Source: Microthyrium microscopicum (lineage: Eukaryota). From it: a stretch of DNA of 64,000 nucleotides. The stretch spans positions 127,067-191,066 of the forward strand of contig MU004233.1 in the NCBI GenBank assembly GCA_010405405.1, written 5' to 3'. Position 1 is the stretch's first letter; every line of letters starts with the position of its first letter. Both the position numbers and the translations under genes were made by a program. The notes below the pieces were generated by a model. That model was not told the origin of the DNA and searched no databases. It saw only the letters and a program-made list of their open reading frames with translations. This document shows, one piece after another, positions 1-13,581 of the stretch.

Positions 1-172
1 CCATTGATACGCCAACTTGTCTTGTCCCCTATTCGCCAACTTGATCCTTCAATCCCACGAGTGCATCCTCATCCCTCAACCTTGTCGCAACTGCCTTGAT
101 ATTAACCCCTAGCATCTGCCGATGCCTTCAAAGAAATGCCTCCAGGTTGAATGACCCGGCTCTTATATCACC

Positions 173-2119
173 ATGTGGTTCCTTATCCGTGTAGCTCTGG
201 CGGTAGTGACGAGCTTTGTCTCACTATCTTATGGTTCTCAAAGCGTCCTGTCTGCAGGAGATCATCATATTCCTCAAGCAGTAAGCACATAATCTCCAAC
301 AGGAACCCTGCGCAGGTATATTAACAAGCCAGTGTAACGCCATTGAACTGGCCATCAATGGCGATGTCTACCACCGCCGTACATCCGAGTACAATGACCA
401 GCAAAAGGATTACTGGCTACTGCAACAAGCAAAGGACTATTCGCCTCATTGCCGCGTCACTCCTCGGGATGCCAAGGATGTCAGCATTGCTCTGAAGCTT
501 TTTGGCAAACATCAGACTCCATTTGCTGTCAAGAGCGGTGGCCATAGCTTTCTCTCCGGGGCTTCCAATATCAACAATGGCATTACGCTCGACCTATCGC
601 GCCTAAATTCAATCAAGCTATCAGAAGACAAGCAAAGCGTTCGGCTGGGTCCCGGCGCTACCTGGAAGGAAGTCTACCAGGTCCTTGAACCACTTGGTCT
701 CACAGCACTTGGTAAGATTTCCCCATTTGGCATCTGAAATGTCTTGACAACATTCGATAAACGGGAAAAACGTCGTTTCATCATCGGAATCAATGGTAGC
801 GTTTCTAATCGAGTGCTATGGTTCCCACTGAGTACGATGAGCCCTCCATGGTTTCACCCCGAAAAGATATGATGGTTGTCTCGGGCGTGTTTGCTCTCAC
901 TGTAATAAAATACTGACAATGCCAGGTGCGCGAGCCGGTAGCGTGGGCGTAGGAGGATTCATTCTCGGTGGAGGATCAACATGGCTCTCGAATCGCCATG
1001 GATGGGCAGTAGACTCAGTACTGGAGTTTGAAGTCGTTGTCTACGGCAAGATCAAAACTGCATCAAGCACAGAGAACCCCGACCTATTCTGGGCTCTCAA
1101 AGGAGGCGGCAGCAACTTTGGCATCGTTACTGCCATCGCAATGGCCACTCATCCCCTTGGCGATCTTTATGTCTATGGTCAAAGCTGTCCCCAAGAATCA
1201 GTACCGCAAGGCCTTAAGGCGCTACAAAGCTTCACTGACGCCGGCTCAAACGATACTGGCTCTAGTGCAATAATGGGCGTCATGTTCACTCCGGGCCAGG
1301 AAGAACTCGCCGCAGCCATAACAGTTGTGAATATAGACAACGACCTGAATGCTGAAGGCTTGAAGTATTTTACGGACATACCGCAGTTTCATGCTGACAA
1401 CTTTACGATCAAGTTGACTGAACTCAGTGATCAAATGAGCCAGTATGCTGATCGAGAATATCGGAAGATCAAATTCTCGATTACTGTACATAACAACGCT
1501 ACTCTTCTTGGTCATTTATTTGAGGAATTGGAGAATTTGGTCCGCGATCATGATCTTGATGATATGCTTGGTAAGTTCATTTCGTCTCAAGTGGATTCTG
1601 AGAGCATGCCAACATAAAGTTCGTGATTTACGTATGACACCTCGGCCAGTCTATTACAGCTCTGGCTCCCATTTTGCCATTCTCATGCGTAAATCAATGA
1701 CAAATTTCCGCTAACATCGTACAGCCTTGGGCACTAGCTTCCAACCACTCACCAGATCGCATATCAGCAACCGCAACAATGCTCTCGGACTCTCTCACGT
1801 CACCTCTGGTCTAATGCTAGTCTCCTTTGAAATCTACTGGTCGGACGCCGCCAACTCCACCTACTTCGAAAAGCTCTCCAGAAATTTACATGACAAGCTC
1901 TGCGCTCGGGCAAGCGAGAAGCAAATGCTGCACAGATTTACATATCTGAACTATGCGGCAAGCTGGCAGGAACCGTTCAGTGGCTATGGAACAGAGAGTT
2001 TATGCAAGCTGAAGGATATACAGAAGCAACTGCAAAGGGATGAGGATCCCATGGGTTTGTTCTATGGGCTGATGAAAGTCGGGAAGATGTTGCCACATGA
2101 TGATGAGGTCTGTGGATAG
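173..2119 (+). CDS. Secreted FAD-linked oxidoreductase (FAD_binding_4 / BBE-like family), 4 exons
   Basis: ATG 173 with hydrophobic signal peptide. GT-AG introns at 281-332, 712-925 and 1571-1724 join the frames. Motifs FAVKSGGH (covalent FAD His), GVGGFILGGG, DLFWALKGGGSNFGIVT and C-terminal YLNYA. Confidence 0.9.
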
Positions 2120-3334
2120 TTTGCTCGGGGTATACCTGCGGCATACCACGACTGGACAATCGATAAGGCGCCATAGACGGTCACCACCATCGTAAATAGA
2201 GACTGACTATTGATTAGCTTAGTTCTTTTACCACAGTGCTAAAGCTAACATGCATCAAGCTACAGGTTTGAAGCTGCTGAGTTTGTGGGATAGTGGGCGT
2301 AGTCTGAAGAGAGTTGAAGCACATGGCACCGAAATGACATCTGCTATTCATGCGACCCTCCAGCTATGAAAGCGCGAACCGGAGTCGGGATGCTTGTGTA
2401 TCATTTTGATTGAATGGGAATTGTAGGGACGGACAAGCACGAGTCTAGCATCATTGTAATCGAGACTCAGCTAAGATTCCTCCGTGACAATGATCAACAA
2501 ACATCACTCGGTCATGTTCGATGCATTTGGGAGATATAAAAAGCACGACTTATGGAACCACACAGTCATATGAGACAGTCTGAAATACCTGCTTTTCCCG
2601 GCGCTTGAAGACGAATCAACTTTGACGAATCTACAGGAAACGTACACAATTACTATTCTACTATGGCGCCGGAGGTGGTAGCACGTCTCTACAGAGCGAA
2701 CGCCATCCATCGTGTAAATACTGATCTGCTACTACCAGGAGAGAATATGCAATTAGCCATCTTCCCTCCGGAAAATCAGGTGGCACTATGCAAACTGGAG
2801 GCTTCCTGCTGAATCAAAAAAAACTTTCTTCTCCGCGTACGCAATTCATGTTTTTCCTCCACATCATTTCATAATTTCTCATACGCCGGCACACCAACTG
2901 ATGAGCTCTGTTTCTCTAGCTTCCTTTCTGCGTCCTGACGCCACTCAAGCCAGTATCCGGTTGCCACACGTTCTATCAAGTCTTTCTCAGCTTGTGACCA
3001 GGCAGTGGGTTTAAAGATACACCGAAACCCTTTTCGAGAAGGTAAACCTGGCACAAGGCGCCGGATCTCTGGACGCATAGGAAACTGGGCTTGTTCGACT
3101 ACCATGCGGGCAAGCCAGACTTTGTCCCATTCTTTCGGTTTGAAGAGAAACTCTCCTGAAAGTTGTTAGCATGATGTGACGAAAGAGCTCTATTATAGGC
3201 ATGCAGAACTGAAATGTATTGAGAGGATGATAAGGCATGGTGCAGTGGAGTGTTATCACACTTCATGCTCATTGCTGGCTATATCGCACTATGGCAGCGA
3301 GAGGATACCAATGGCACAAGCAGATGTTTCGGTA

Positions 3335-4150
3335 TCAACGGAGGTGGTTTAGTGATGTGTGTTCGCACGGGACGAACTTACCAGTTGGTATATTATCTTT
3401 GACGTAATCACAAAAGATAAGCCAGTCTGGATGTTGCTCTTGGTTTTTCGTATCACAGTCAAGAGTCCATCTCAAGCCTTTGATATGTCCTCGATTCCTG
3501 AACATGGATTTGATCTCCCATTTTTTCTGTGTCTTACTATAGAAAAGGTAGTCTGGGGCACAAAGAGGTGCCCTCTTGGTTCGAAAGGAAGCTCGAACGA
3601 TCCTCTGGAAAAGACACTGGTCAATTGTAAGATCCATGCCGTACCTGTCCACATCGACTGGCCATCGGTGTTGCCAGGGGTAGCCATGAAACTCTGGGCC
3701 AGCCAAAATATGAGTTACTTGATGCCAATACGGATAGCTGGAGTGATTCTGTATAATCTGAAATAGGTCTTCGAATGTTTGAGGCTTGTCTACCCAGATG
3801 GGAACAGTATCGATCGAGTACTGGCACTTTCTGTTAAACGTTTTGGCAATAATACGGCCTGGGTAAACAAGTAGTCGTATCTGACCAGTATCTCGGCCGT
3901 CTTGAACTAGATGAGGTCCAGTTGGTTTTGTCAGCCAAGCTTGCCGCTGGATCGAGGTTTTATTCGACTTCTCATCCACAGCGAAATCGACGGACGTTGA
4001 TTCTTCAGACCGGATAAGTCGATCAGGTTCATAGTAGCCACTACATAAATCATTTGGCGTTCGCAGTAGCGCATCTGCCCAGCGGTTCGTAGAGCCTTCT
4101 TCAATTTTCTTTATCTTAGCGTTCATTTTGCGGACCACGGTGTGGATCAA
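3335..4150 (-). CDS. Hypothetical protein, possibly part of a degraded multi-exon gene spanning ~2869-4760
   Basis: 271-aa ORF with no recognisable motif. An in-frame stop lies just upstream, and neighbouring minus-strand ORF fragments do not splice together cleanly. Confidence 0.3.
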   Translation of the reverse strand: MIHTVVRKMNAKIKKIEEGSTNRWADALLRTPNDLCSGYYEPDRLIRSEESTSVDFAVDEKSNKTSIQRQAWLTKPTGPHLVQDGRDTGQIRLLVYPGRIIAKTFNRKCQYSIDTVPIWVDKPQTFEDLFQIIQNHSSYPYWHQVTHILAGPEFHGYPWQHRWPVDVDRYGMDLTIDQCLFQRIVRASFRTKRAPLCAPDYLFYSKTQKKWEIKSMFRNRGHIKGLRWTLDCDTKNQEQHPDWLIFCDYVKDNIPTGKFVPCEHTSLNHLR

Positions 4151-5217
4151 AGTTGCTCTGACAGGTGCTGAGTAGTATTTAGGTGACTATTCGTTTTGCG
4201 GAGACAAGCTGCTTGGAATGTGAGCAAATACTAGAAGTATTTGTACCCAGATGTTGCGGGTCTTGAAAAATTAGTATCAACTAAAGGTGGTAACCAAGAA
4301 CTTGGCAGACACACTTTGGTAGGTTTTGTATCAAGGTCCCGCTCACATCTACTAAGACGACATAACATAGTTATCCGGCTTGTAATTCCCCGTTGGCATT
4401 TGACGCAGTATCGTTTTTTTGTCAGATTCCAAAGGCATGTATCAGAATGATGAAGAATCGTAACCTTACTAGCTCTATCGCAAGTGATTTTCGATTGCTT
4501 CAGGCTCTCCCATCTGTTACCTACTAGACAGGTATCTCTCGGCCGACATATATAGAGTGCGACCACAGATAAGTGTACCGTATTGTGCAAATCGTATCCC
4601 GTTTAGGGACCGCCGAGATAGGAACCAATTTTGACATAATGTTGAAGCTTGGCAGTTCCCACGGAGTGCCGCAACGACATGGCGAGCCAAACGGCACGTT
4701 TCATCAACCCCGCTGGCCTCCACCATCGCTGTTTCGCAAAGGGTGCTATATCTTCCATTGCATTCGATAGAATGTCTGATTCTGTAACTCTCTTTATGGT
4801 GAATAAAGCACTCGAAAGCCGAGCGTGTCGTATGGGAGCCATCGAAGGCGAGGGGGGAAGACCAGGCATATCACTGCCATCTCAAGCAATAAATTTGATG
4901 CTGAATCGCGCGATCTGGATATTTTGGACCCGGAAACAAATCAAAAGCCCCGAACCATTGTAATAAACATGCTGTAATTCGCTATCAGCTACCAACCGTC
5001 CTGACTCCGAGTAGTGCGCATATATACTGAACTCCCTATCCCAAAGGTCCGATCGATTGCTCCATGAACCTGTTCCCAAACAGTAACCGTAACTATACAT
5101 TTCTGGAATATGTCGTGGGCAGCAAATTCCCAGGGATTGATCCATACGAATCGTCAAAGAAGAAATACCATCATGGTGACGCGGTATCGATGAAGTTGTG
5201 GTTTGTCGCGCTTCGCT

Positions 5218-5936
5218 TTAGGACATGCCCGAGTTTGACCTAGAATTCGAGGGCTTCTGCGACCTAAAAGCTTTCATCAGTGCTCGTCCATCCATATCGC
5301 GGCAAGTTATTGGACATACGAACTGCGAGACGTGCTACGTCCCTTGCTTTCAGCAGCAAGATTCCATGTATTCACTAACATTCTGCGTGCGTATGGTTAG
5401 CTAGGTGGCTTCGGGTGGGTAGCTGCCGCTTGACAGGATAAATGACGCGCTTCCATCAACTACGATGTCTCCCATCGCACTCTATAACGAGAAAATGCAC
5501 TGATTACCAGCGCATTCGATAAGAATCGGCGCTTCTTCGCATTTGGTGGGAATTAAAGCGCTCTGTTTAATAGAGTAGCCGATGTTAGCCACCGCAATTG
5601 ATGGGAGCGCGTCATTTATTTTCGTCGACTGGTTGCCAAAGTGGGGATTGGGGTTGCATGTGTACTTTTGTGTCGAGTCTTCGTAGTCCTCAGCCGATTT
5701 TCCCTTGACGCCAACTTTCATGCCCTCTTTGTTAAAGCTGATATTCTTCTTCTCCATGTGTTGGCGCCCGTGATGTGCAAGATCGTGGGTGTAGAGGTAG
5801 ATCTGCTCGTTTGTTAGGCACGTATTGACATGGGCAAGGCGCAGAAGTGGCGATTTACTTGATATCCGAACCATCCCAGGCCACCCACGACGGAAAAGAG
5901 GATGATGAGAGGGATGAGCGACAAAATGCCTGCCAT
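5218..5936 (-). CDS. Small fungal protein with N-terminal TM helix, 4 exons
   Basis: MAGILSLIPLIILFSVVGGLGWFGYQ | IYLYTHDLA..MEKKNISFNKEGMKVGVK..DSTQK | MLVNTWN.. joined by GT-AG introns with branch sites. Intron 2 (~5383-5664) contains a MITE. Confidence 0.75.
5423..5635 (-). mobile_element. MITE copy 1 (diverged, intronic)
   Basis: Imperfect ~45-bp TIRs (..GACAGGATAAATGACGCGCTTCCATCAAC / TTGATGGGAGCGCGTCATTTATTTT..GGTTG). Length 213 bp, the same family as copies at 37790, 45184, 48390 and 57014. TSD no longer recognisable. Confidence 0.75.
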
Positions 5937-6756
5937 TGTATGTGATTTCGGAAGGAGTAGTTCGATTGAAGGTTTGCGATTAAGGGGCGCGCGGGGGCGA
6001 TAACGACGATGGGGTTATATGGGTGACGGCGACAAGAGAAGAAGATGAGGAGAAAGAGAGACTAGAAGAGAAAAGTGAAAATGAAAAGTAACTGGTGCTC
6101 GGCGTTGGCAAGAGAAGAGAAGGACATGTACGGATACGGAAGAGTGATGTTGTCTTGGTACAGTAGGACATGTGGCTCGTGGCTGAAGTTGGCAACAATG
6201 AAGAAAGCCGGCCCCCAAGCCCCTCAGCCCCTCGAGTATTACATCTTATGCACGAGTTAAGATCCGGTATCCATATCTCCTATACCAAGGCTATTATGCA
6301 TAAAGCGGGAGAAATCTACGTAAATCTACGCCGTATCCGCTGTAAAGGGGGCTTAGTCTTACACGTTAATTGATCACTAGCCCAATCAGGTCCTTTCACA
6401 TGCACTCAGCCTCGTGCTAACTTTTGGCTGCAGAAAGCGATAAGGCTGAAGCATTAAATCAATTCGCGGAAATATCATTCGTCAACTTCCAGTCATCACT
6501 AGAGCTTCATATAGCTTCGAAGCTGAGGATATCGGCGAATTCTACCATTCAAGATAAATCTTTGTCAATACGTCTTCGGATTGAGTCGCTAAATTCGATA
6601 TGTCATCAAGACATCTCAGTTCTCCATCACCCACAATTTTTACCGCCACTGGATACCATTATGTACAGGGGAATCGTCTTCCAAACCAAATAGCTGTCGT
6701 CGTCATCAACGTTCAAACCTCATAAAATAGCCTCCACAGTGCCCACAACTCTCTAC

Positions 6757-9117
6757 CTAGCAGCAAAGCTCGGTTCCAACCTTTTCTCTCCAGTTCTTGT
6801 CCGCGTACGATTTTACTTGTGTCTCGTTCATTCCATGTCCGACTCCGATGTAGATTAACCGAGCAAGTAGCCACTTCCGTTGCTCTTCTGGGAGGATTGG
6901 GACCTTCTTTATCACCCATAGTGGCCACGAAGCAAAGTATCCTCCTGTTGCTATTGTTGCTAAAAAGAGGTTAGTTGAAGCCAGAAAAGTTATGAGAAAA
7001 TCTGTAAACTCACATTTTTCATCTTCTATACTGGCGCCTGGGCGTGAGTAATAGTCAAATCCCAGCATATACGGCACAGTGGAGCAGAAATCATCAGCCA
7101 TCAACTGCATGATATACACCGCTTCCGTAAGCGCTCGCTGAAGGCTATCGGTCTGCGATGTGTTTGGGATTGCTTCAACGCAGTTCATCACTAGCGTCTG
7201 GCAGAAGATACGTCCAACGCGGTACTCGTTCATGACATTGGCAATATTCAAGTCCTGGTATGTGAAAATTGGACCGGGCCAGAATGGTGCTGTCATGACA
7301 TTCTTGGGTGGCTCTGTCACAATCTTTGCAATGTCGGCCTTCCAAATGTTGGGTAAGCTGTGAACCCAGGCTTCTAACCGGCGGTCGATGTCTTGGGCTT
7401 GTTCGATTATGCTTAGCATGTCCATGATCTTCTCCGGTGATGGTCTTCGCTCGAGGACTTCAGTTGCCCACCATTTCAGGTTAGGAAGATCCAGTGAGAT
7501 GAGAGTGAGACGGTTGGCGGCGTTCATTCCTATGTGCTCGTCGCATTTCCAGCCTTTGGCGTGGGGAAAGTCCTCGAGTGTGGCTCGCTTTTGAATTGCA
7601 GCAGTCAACTGTCAATTTGTTAGACTTGATCTGATTTTGAATTAGAAACAACGTACCATCACTGTCCTCACAGCTCGGAAGAGAGCCGCTGATCGCGGAT
7701 TACTGAATTGATCACTGCTTCTCAGCTTTACCAACGTCACTGCACCATTAATATGCCCAGTCCACTGCGTCTTCGCCTTCAAGTTCACAGTAATTTGCTA
7801 GCATCCAATTAGTTCAAATCCACATCAATAGATTCTGGTAAACTCACCTCATATAGCGAAAACAGCAAAATCGTCATCAACACCTCATCCGAAGTCGCCC
7901 TCAACGGATCCTGAATCGCCATGCCTAATTCCTGCAGTGCCCGTCCGTAGGCCTTCCGCGCCTCTTGCCTCAGCGCCTGACTCTTGTACGCATTACTCAT
8001 ACATCCCAAGCTCAGCGCATACGTCGCCTTGTGCAGCAGCGACGATGGGCCAGCCTCATCATACATGTCCGTCAACAGCTCTAAAAAGCCTCTCCGGCTA
8101 TCTGAATGGCGCTGCCAGAGTACATGTTTGCGAAAAAAATAGGGGATTGCGGTACTCTCGGATGGAATGCTGTTGCTGAGACTCCATGGGACTGTGCTGG
8201 CGTTAGGTGAAAAGCAGTACGGGTCGTAGGCCATCCGCGCGGCATTTTCGAGGCGCGCGGGCTGTACTATTGATTGAAGATCAAGGTAGGAAAAGTCGAC
8301 TGGAAGCGGGTTGTCTGGGTTGGGTGCTTTAATGAGAGCGGTGCTGTCTTTGGATGTCGTTATAACATGGCTGTAGGTTTCGAGAGTGTCGTCTGAGATG
8401 TCAGGTGGGCTACCGTATGAGTCGCTGCTGTCGCATGATGATGCTGGATCGAGGGATGGGAGTGTGTTTTTGTCGAAGATGAACCTGTCGAAGAAGTGTC
8501 GTTGGTCAATGGGAGTGAAGTTGGAGTCGGCACTGATGCTGCTAATGGCACTGCTCGTGTCGAACGTCAATGTGCTGGGATCAAAGGTCTGGACTTGCAC
8601 TTTGATCTTGGGTTGTTGGACTGTTACTTTCGGTGATACAGATGATGATGTAGTAGTTGATAGTGGCGATGTTGCTTTGCTTGCGGGGGATTTCCTAACT
8701 TTACGTTAGTGACTGCCAACGCATTCCCCGGGTTGATATCGTACTTGACTTTTGCTTTGTTGGACGACTTGGATTGCGATAAAGCTCTTTGCGCTTTTCG
8801 CTTCACTGCCATAGTCTCATTGCGAAAGATGAGATCGAACTCGTCCGGATAACCTGGACAAGTTCGATTTGATTTCTTACATTGCGTACAAGCTGGTTGA
8901 ACTTCGTCACACTGGACTAAGGTTAGCTCATGGTCTAACTATCCCAAGGTAGTGGATGAGGGGCGAGTCGAATCCATGAAAGTCGTGAAGATGTCCCAAT
9001 ACGTACTTTGATGCGTCGAGTCTTGCAGTTCTGGCATCCTCGACTTGGTTTTCCCTGGAATATCGTCAGTTACCAGATCTTCGCTAACACTCATTTTACA
9101 CTTACGCAGTAAACCAT
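6757..9117 (-). CDS. Zn(II)2Cys6 transcription factor with fungal-specific C-terminal regulatory domain
   Basis: Spliced N-terminus MVYC|GKPSRGCQNCKTRRIK|CDEVQPACTQCKKSNRTCPGY gives the six-Cys binuclear cluster. Downstream exons include ARKAYGRAL..SDEVLMTILLFSLYE and a WTGHINGAV motif. ORFs 7809-8600 and 6757-7608. Confidence 0.9.
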
Positions 9118-11007
9118 ATTTTCTAACTTTCGGACTTGTTGATGATATCAAGGAATAATTCAGATAGGTTTGTTCAAAACTGTTGACCATAAAGGGCAGT
9201 GAAGCCGTTGAAGAAGAAAAAAGAAACCGTGCGACTGTATACTATCCAGACTACAAGGCATATACTGTCATATGATTGCAACTTGTAAGCAACTAGCCAG
9301 TCGTTTACCATGAAACTTCCTTGAGACGTTCTTTCAGACTAACGGTCTCTGTATAAGACAAACCCACTGCAGAATGGAATGGCAAACACGAACAATGGTG
9401 CATCTTCTCCGCCACTTTTACGGCAGCACCCTAGGCTTAGGAACCCGCGTCCATTGTCTATGCATACAGTTCATGGGCAGCTTCCAGGGGCCTTGAAATT
9501 TGTCGCAACTTGTACCGTTTCGGGTATGGCGGCGTCTGAGACAGACAAACACGCGGGTGATTAGCCAGGGCTTGACAGCTACGGGAGGAGGCAGCCGAAC
9601 CCTTCACCAGAGGAATCTCTCCTACCGTTCAGAAAAGCCGATTTCAATTATAGATCTGAGTGGAGAGTCTAAATGATCCTTGAACAATCTACAGAAATAG
9701 GGCTTTCCGGGTAATGAAGCGATCGAATACGATTCCAAGGTTTAGCGACATGATGACCAGTTTTTAGGATTCTACAAAATACAAGTACAGCAGTGATCTG
9801 TAGCCAGGTGTCGGCGTGGCAATGATTGGGTCCCTTGGGTATAGAAACAATTAGCATTGTAGGTTTGGGAAAATAGTTTCAGGGAGAGTCGTTGCCACTC
9901 GTTATAAGGCCTCACGTTTACTTCTCTCCGCATTTGCAGTATTCCGGGGGAATCTCACGCCAGACTCAGCCTCCACGAGGCCTAGCTGCAACAAATATGT
10001 CAGGCACGTTCTAGCGGGGAATCGAAGGTTCGATGCATATTGATTGGCGCTTCCTCCTTATTATAGTACCTCGAGTACTAGGTTCAGAGAACAGTCACTA
10101 CCGCCTATCGGCGTGAGATTTAGGAGAGTCCAACCAGAAAGCAGTGCAATATTAAGCGAGAATCTAAACGTGTACTCGAGCTTTCAAAAATTTCTAGTAC
10201 AAGCTGTAGGCCATCTAAGATTGACTGTCCAGGTGCTTTGCTTACTGGTCGATTCTTGTGCCACACGTTGCAAAATTAAGAAAATCTGTGTGGGGAAACG
10301 TTGAATAGGGAATGTTTACAAAGCAAAATCAGTCTCAAGGATATGCTAAACGGTTTGGCAGATAGTTTGGATGCAAAGAGAATACAAATCAGCATATGAC
10401 ATGTGGAAAGGAAGCACGATTCTTCGCATGTACCTGCACGTTCTGGGATCGAGCAGCGGGTATGAAAACTCCTGGCCATGCAAGATGCAAGCAATAACGC
10501 AAGACGTGCTTCCGTAGTCCTGCAGTGCATGAAATGCAGAGTTATGTGATGATCATCCGATAAACATAATTTTCAGATGCTCTCTTTCTACGTCGATGGC
10601 AAAGACCATACACTTTAAGAAGAAAATAGCAAGCTACCATTGCATTCGAAGATGTTGAGATCAAAATGTCTTCTATGGGTAAAGAAGCCTTCGATATTGA
10701 ATCTAGTGGATAGCAGTTCTCGTGGAGAGTGGAGCAAGCCAATTATGTTGCTCAGGATGTTTTTATGTCGATCATAAATAAACTTCTATTGAGGCAGCCT
10801 GCAGATAAATATAAAGGATTAATGATAGGCAATAAAGAAAAGAGTTTCGCAATTCTTTGTAGGACGTAACATTCCACACAACTGGAATGTGCTACTGTGA
10901 CAACCACATTATTATCGTAAAACCTTTAGAACCATACTATAAAACGATCGATATAGTGGGCATCCTATAAAGATCATGTATTAAAGCTTCGTTTTAAATT
11001 CACTACA

Positions 11008-12283
11008 ATGGATATCACACCTCAGGACGACCAGTCGTTCAACTCGGATTTGACCAAATTTGCCCAATTGACGGTAGCGATCCTCGTCTTCTACGTTCTT
11101 TATCTTCCAGGATCTGTTTATGTGACTTATCGTCACGGATTGCGAGGCCTTCCTACGACGACATGGCTGATTGGTCTCGCCCTGATACGCATTATTGGCG
11201 CCGCGTGCTACATTGCTGCCGAAACTACAGACATTACCAACCCAAGCGAATTTGATGCCTTGTTCACCGTTGGAGCGGTAGGCAATATCGCTGGCATATT
11301 CTTCCTTCTGTTCTGTATATCAGGCCTGATTTTGCGTCCCCATGTCCACTTGTTACTGGTGAGTCGTCCACGATGAATCTAGCGAATAGTTGTCAAGAGC
11401 ATTATACGGCTCCCATAGCAGTCTATAGTTGCCATGTAGTGCGACAAGATATATTCTGCAGCGCACATTAGCTTTGGCAGGATAGCATAGTGACATTCTA
11501 CCATACTGACCACTTCCCAGGTAAGGCCACAAGTCGAGCCAAATACTGCCCTCCTACGATCTCTCTTCCATCTGTTTTCATGGATTGCGAAGATCCTAAC
11601 AGCAGGGGCATTCATCCTAGCCATTTTTGCAGCCGCTAAGCTAGGAATTGGCGCGAGCTATGATTTCCGCAGGGCTTTTGCGATTATTCTGCTGTTTGCC
11701 TGGCTGCACTACATCGCAATGACCTTACTACTCTGGCGGTAGGATATCCCCAGAAACATTCGATAGATTTTGATATTCCGATACAATACTGACACATCGC
11801 AGACAAATGCCAAATGTACTAGGATTTGATCGCGGCATCGTCAACACACTCACTCTCATATGGCCCATATTCTTCCTGCCAGTTCTATACTATCTGCTGG
11901 CAGCCTACTGGGAGAATTCACCAAACTTTACCATCCTAGAACCAAACGTCTACTTCCATGCCTTCCTCCTAACCGTTCCAGAATTCGTAATCGCTCTACT
12001 CCTACTAGCATGTCTCTCGCAGCTGCTAATCATGGGCTATGGCCCCATACCCGCTGAACTCACCGTCGAGCAAGCAGTCCGTCTTGGCTGGCCTGAAATC
12101 CGCGTCCTCTTACCTGCAGAGAAAGGCATCGTAGGCGGAGACGACATTCTGCCCGCACACCCGGTCCCTGTTCGCCCATTGCATAATGATGTTGATGACG
12201 ATGCTATTAGTGCCGATAGCATTCCCGTAGCTAGTCCCCAGCAGCATCGGGACCTTACGCCAACAATGCCACACCCGATATAG
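11008..12283 (+). CDS. Multi-pass (about 7 TM) membrane protein of unknown function, 3 exons
   Basis: Series of hydrophobic helices in ORFs 11008-11376 and 11807-12283 plus a middle exon from 11521. Introns at 11359-11520 and ~11739-11802. Confidence 0.75.
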
Positions 12284-13581
12284 GCCATTATGACTAGAGC
12301 GTGGGACTGTATTGGGAAAGGGCCAGAGAAGGGCTCGTGGGATTTGTAGATCTGAGATTCAGAGCGAGCGCGAGCGTTCGCATGTCGTGCAGGGATGGAC
12401 GTTGGAGGCAGGGGGGAAATGCGCAATCAAGTCTGGATGCACTGTGTGTGGAGAACCAGGGTGTGAAGTAATGTATAATATAACCAATGTGAGATAACCT
12501 AAATTCCAGGTAGCTTTTTTGACAGTCACCTTTTTCCATTGTGAGGCCATGGATTAATGATATGTTTGGCACGCTTTCACATTGTTTGTGAATCTGTGAT
12601 GTGTACGACTTGCTATGCTTTGGAATTTTGATAGCCAACAGTCCGTGAATTTGTATTCAAGAAGTGGTTCGTATGAGTCCAAGCGTAAAGTTGCTGCTTA
12701 GATGGAAATTGAATAATCCTAGGCAATCTAGATGACAGCTGACAAGTGGCAAACACGCAATTTCAGAAGGTAAGCCCTACGGCAGTCGGATAGTTTGATC
12801 TGTGGACTCAACCATTCTGCTCGAGCCCATTTGGCCCCAGCGAAAGACCAGAGAAAGCCCGACGAACTGTATTCTGGGTCCAGATATGGCCCTAAAACGA
12901 TAGATCTCTGATCTCCAAATTGCATCTTCTCAGGGACAAGGATCCGGGCATGCTATAAGGTTGGACAGTAGCCCACTACGGTGGAAAGTCGGATTGCTCC
13001 CGATTACGACACCCACATGCTCAGAGGGCTTGGTCACCATCGCAAAGTCTTCCCAAATAGGCAATATTGGGATAGTGAAAAGAGCAGACCGCATCTGTGT
13101 TATACATGTTTCGAGTATCCGCGGCCACGGCTCGGTGTGAGCGGGGAAACGTGGAAAGCAATAAACATGATGATCCAGTAAACGAATTGTCTATTTTTGA
13201 GATTGCGTGGGAGGATGGATCGCTGGAGAGCAAATCAGAGGTGATGTTAATGATTGACTGTCTGGCTGGATGGTCACTATACTCAACTTGGTACCCAAAA
13301 CATGCGAGGTAGCAAGGAGGAAACGATTATCAAAGGCTATACGTTTTCTGGAAAGCCATGCAGCGTGGAAAGGAGAAAGTTTGATTTCGAATTACAGTCC
13401 ATGGCTGCTGACAATTTGTCTTTACAAAGTCTAAACTGGGTATGGAACTCCTGGTACATGCCTTCCTGACAAGGGGTAATTCCTCGGAATAGATAGAAAC
13501 GAAGTGCAAAACTATATTGAATTCGTGGTCTCGTGCAAACATTCATGTGTCTGTTGAACAAGGTTGATGGCGTGTACATGA

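Noticed and set aside
173..12283. Secondary-metabolite cluster around the FAD oxidase and Zn2Cys6 TF
   Set aside because: No PKS, NRPS, terpene synthase or other tailoring genes in the window; it could continue left of position 1 but is not supportable here.
12981..13469. Possible pseudogene (two same-frame ORF pieces separated by stops)
   Set aside because: No recognisable motif or convincing splice sites; cannot be supported without a homology search.
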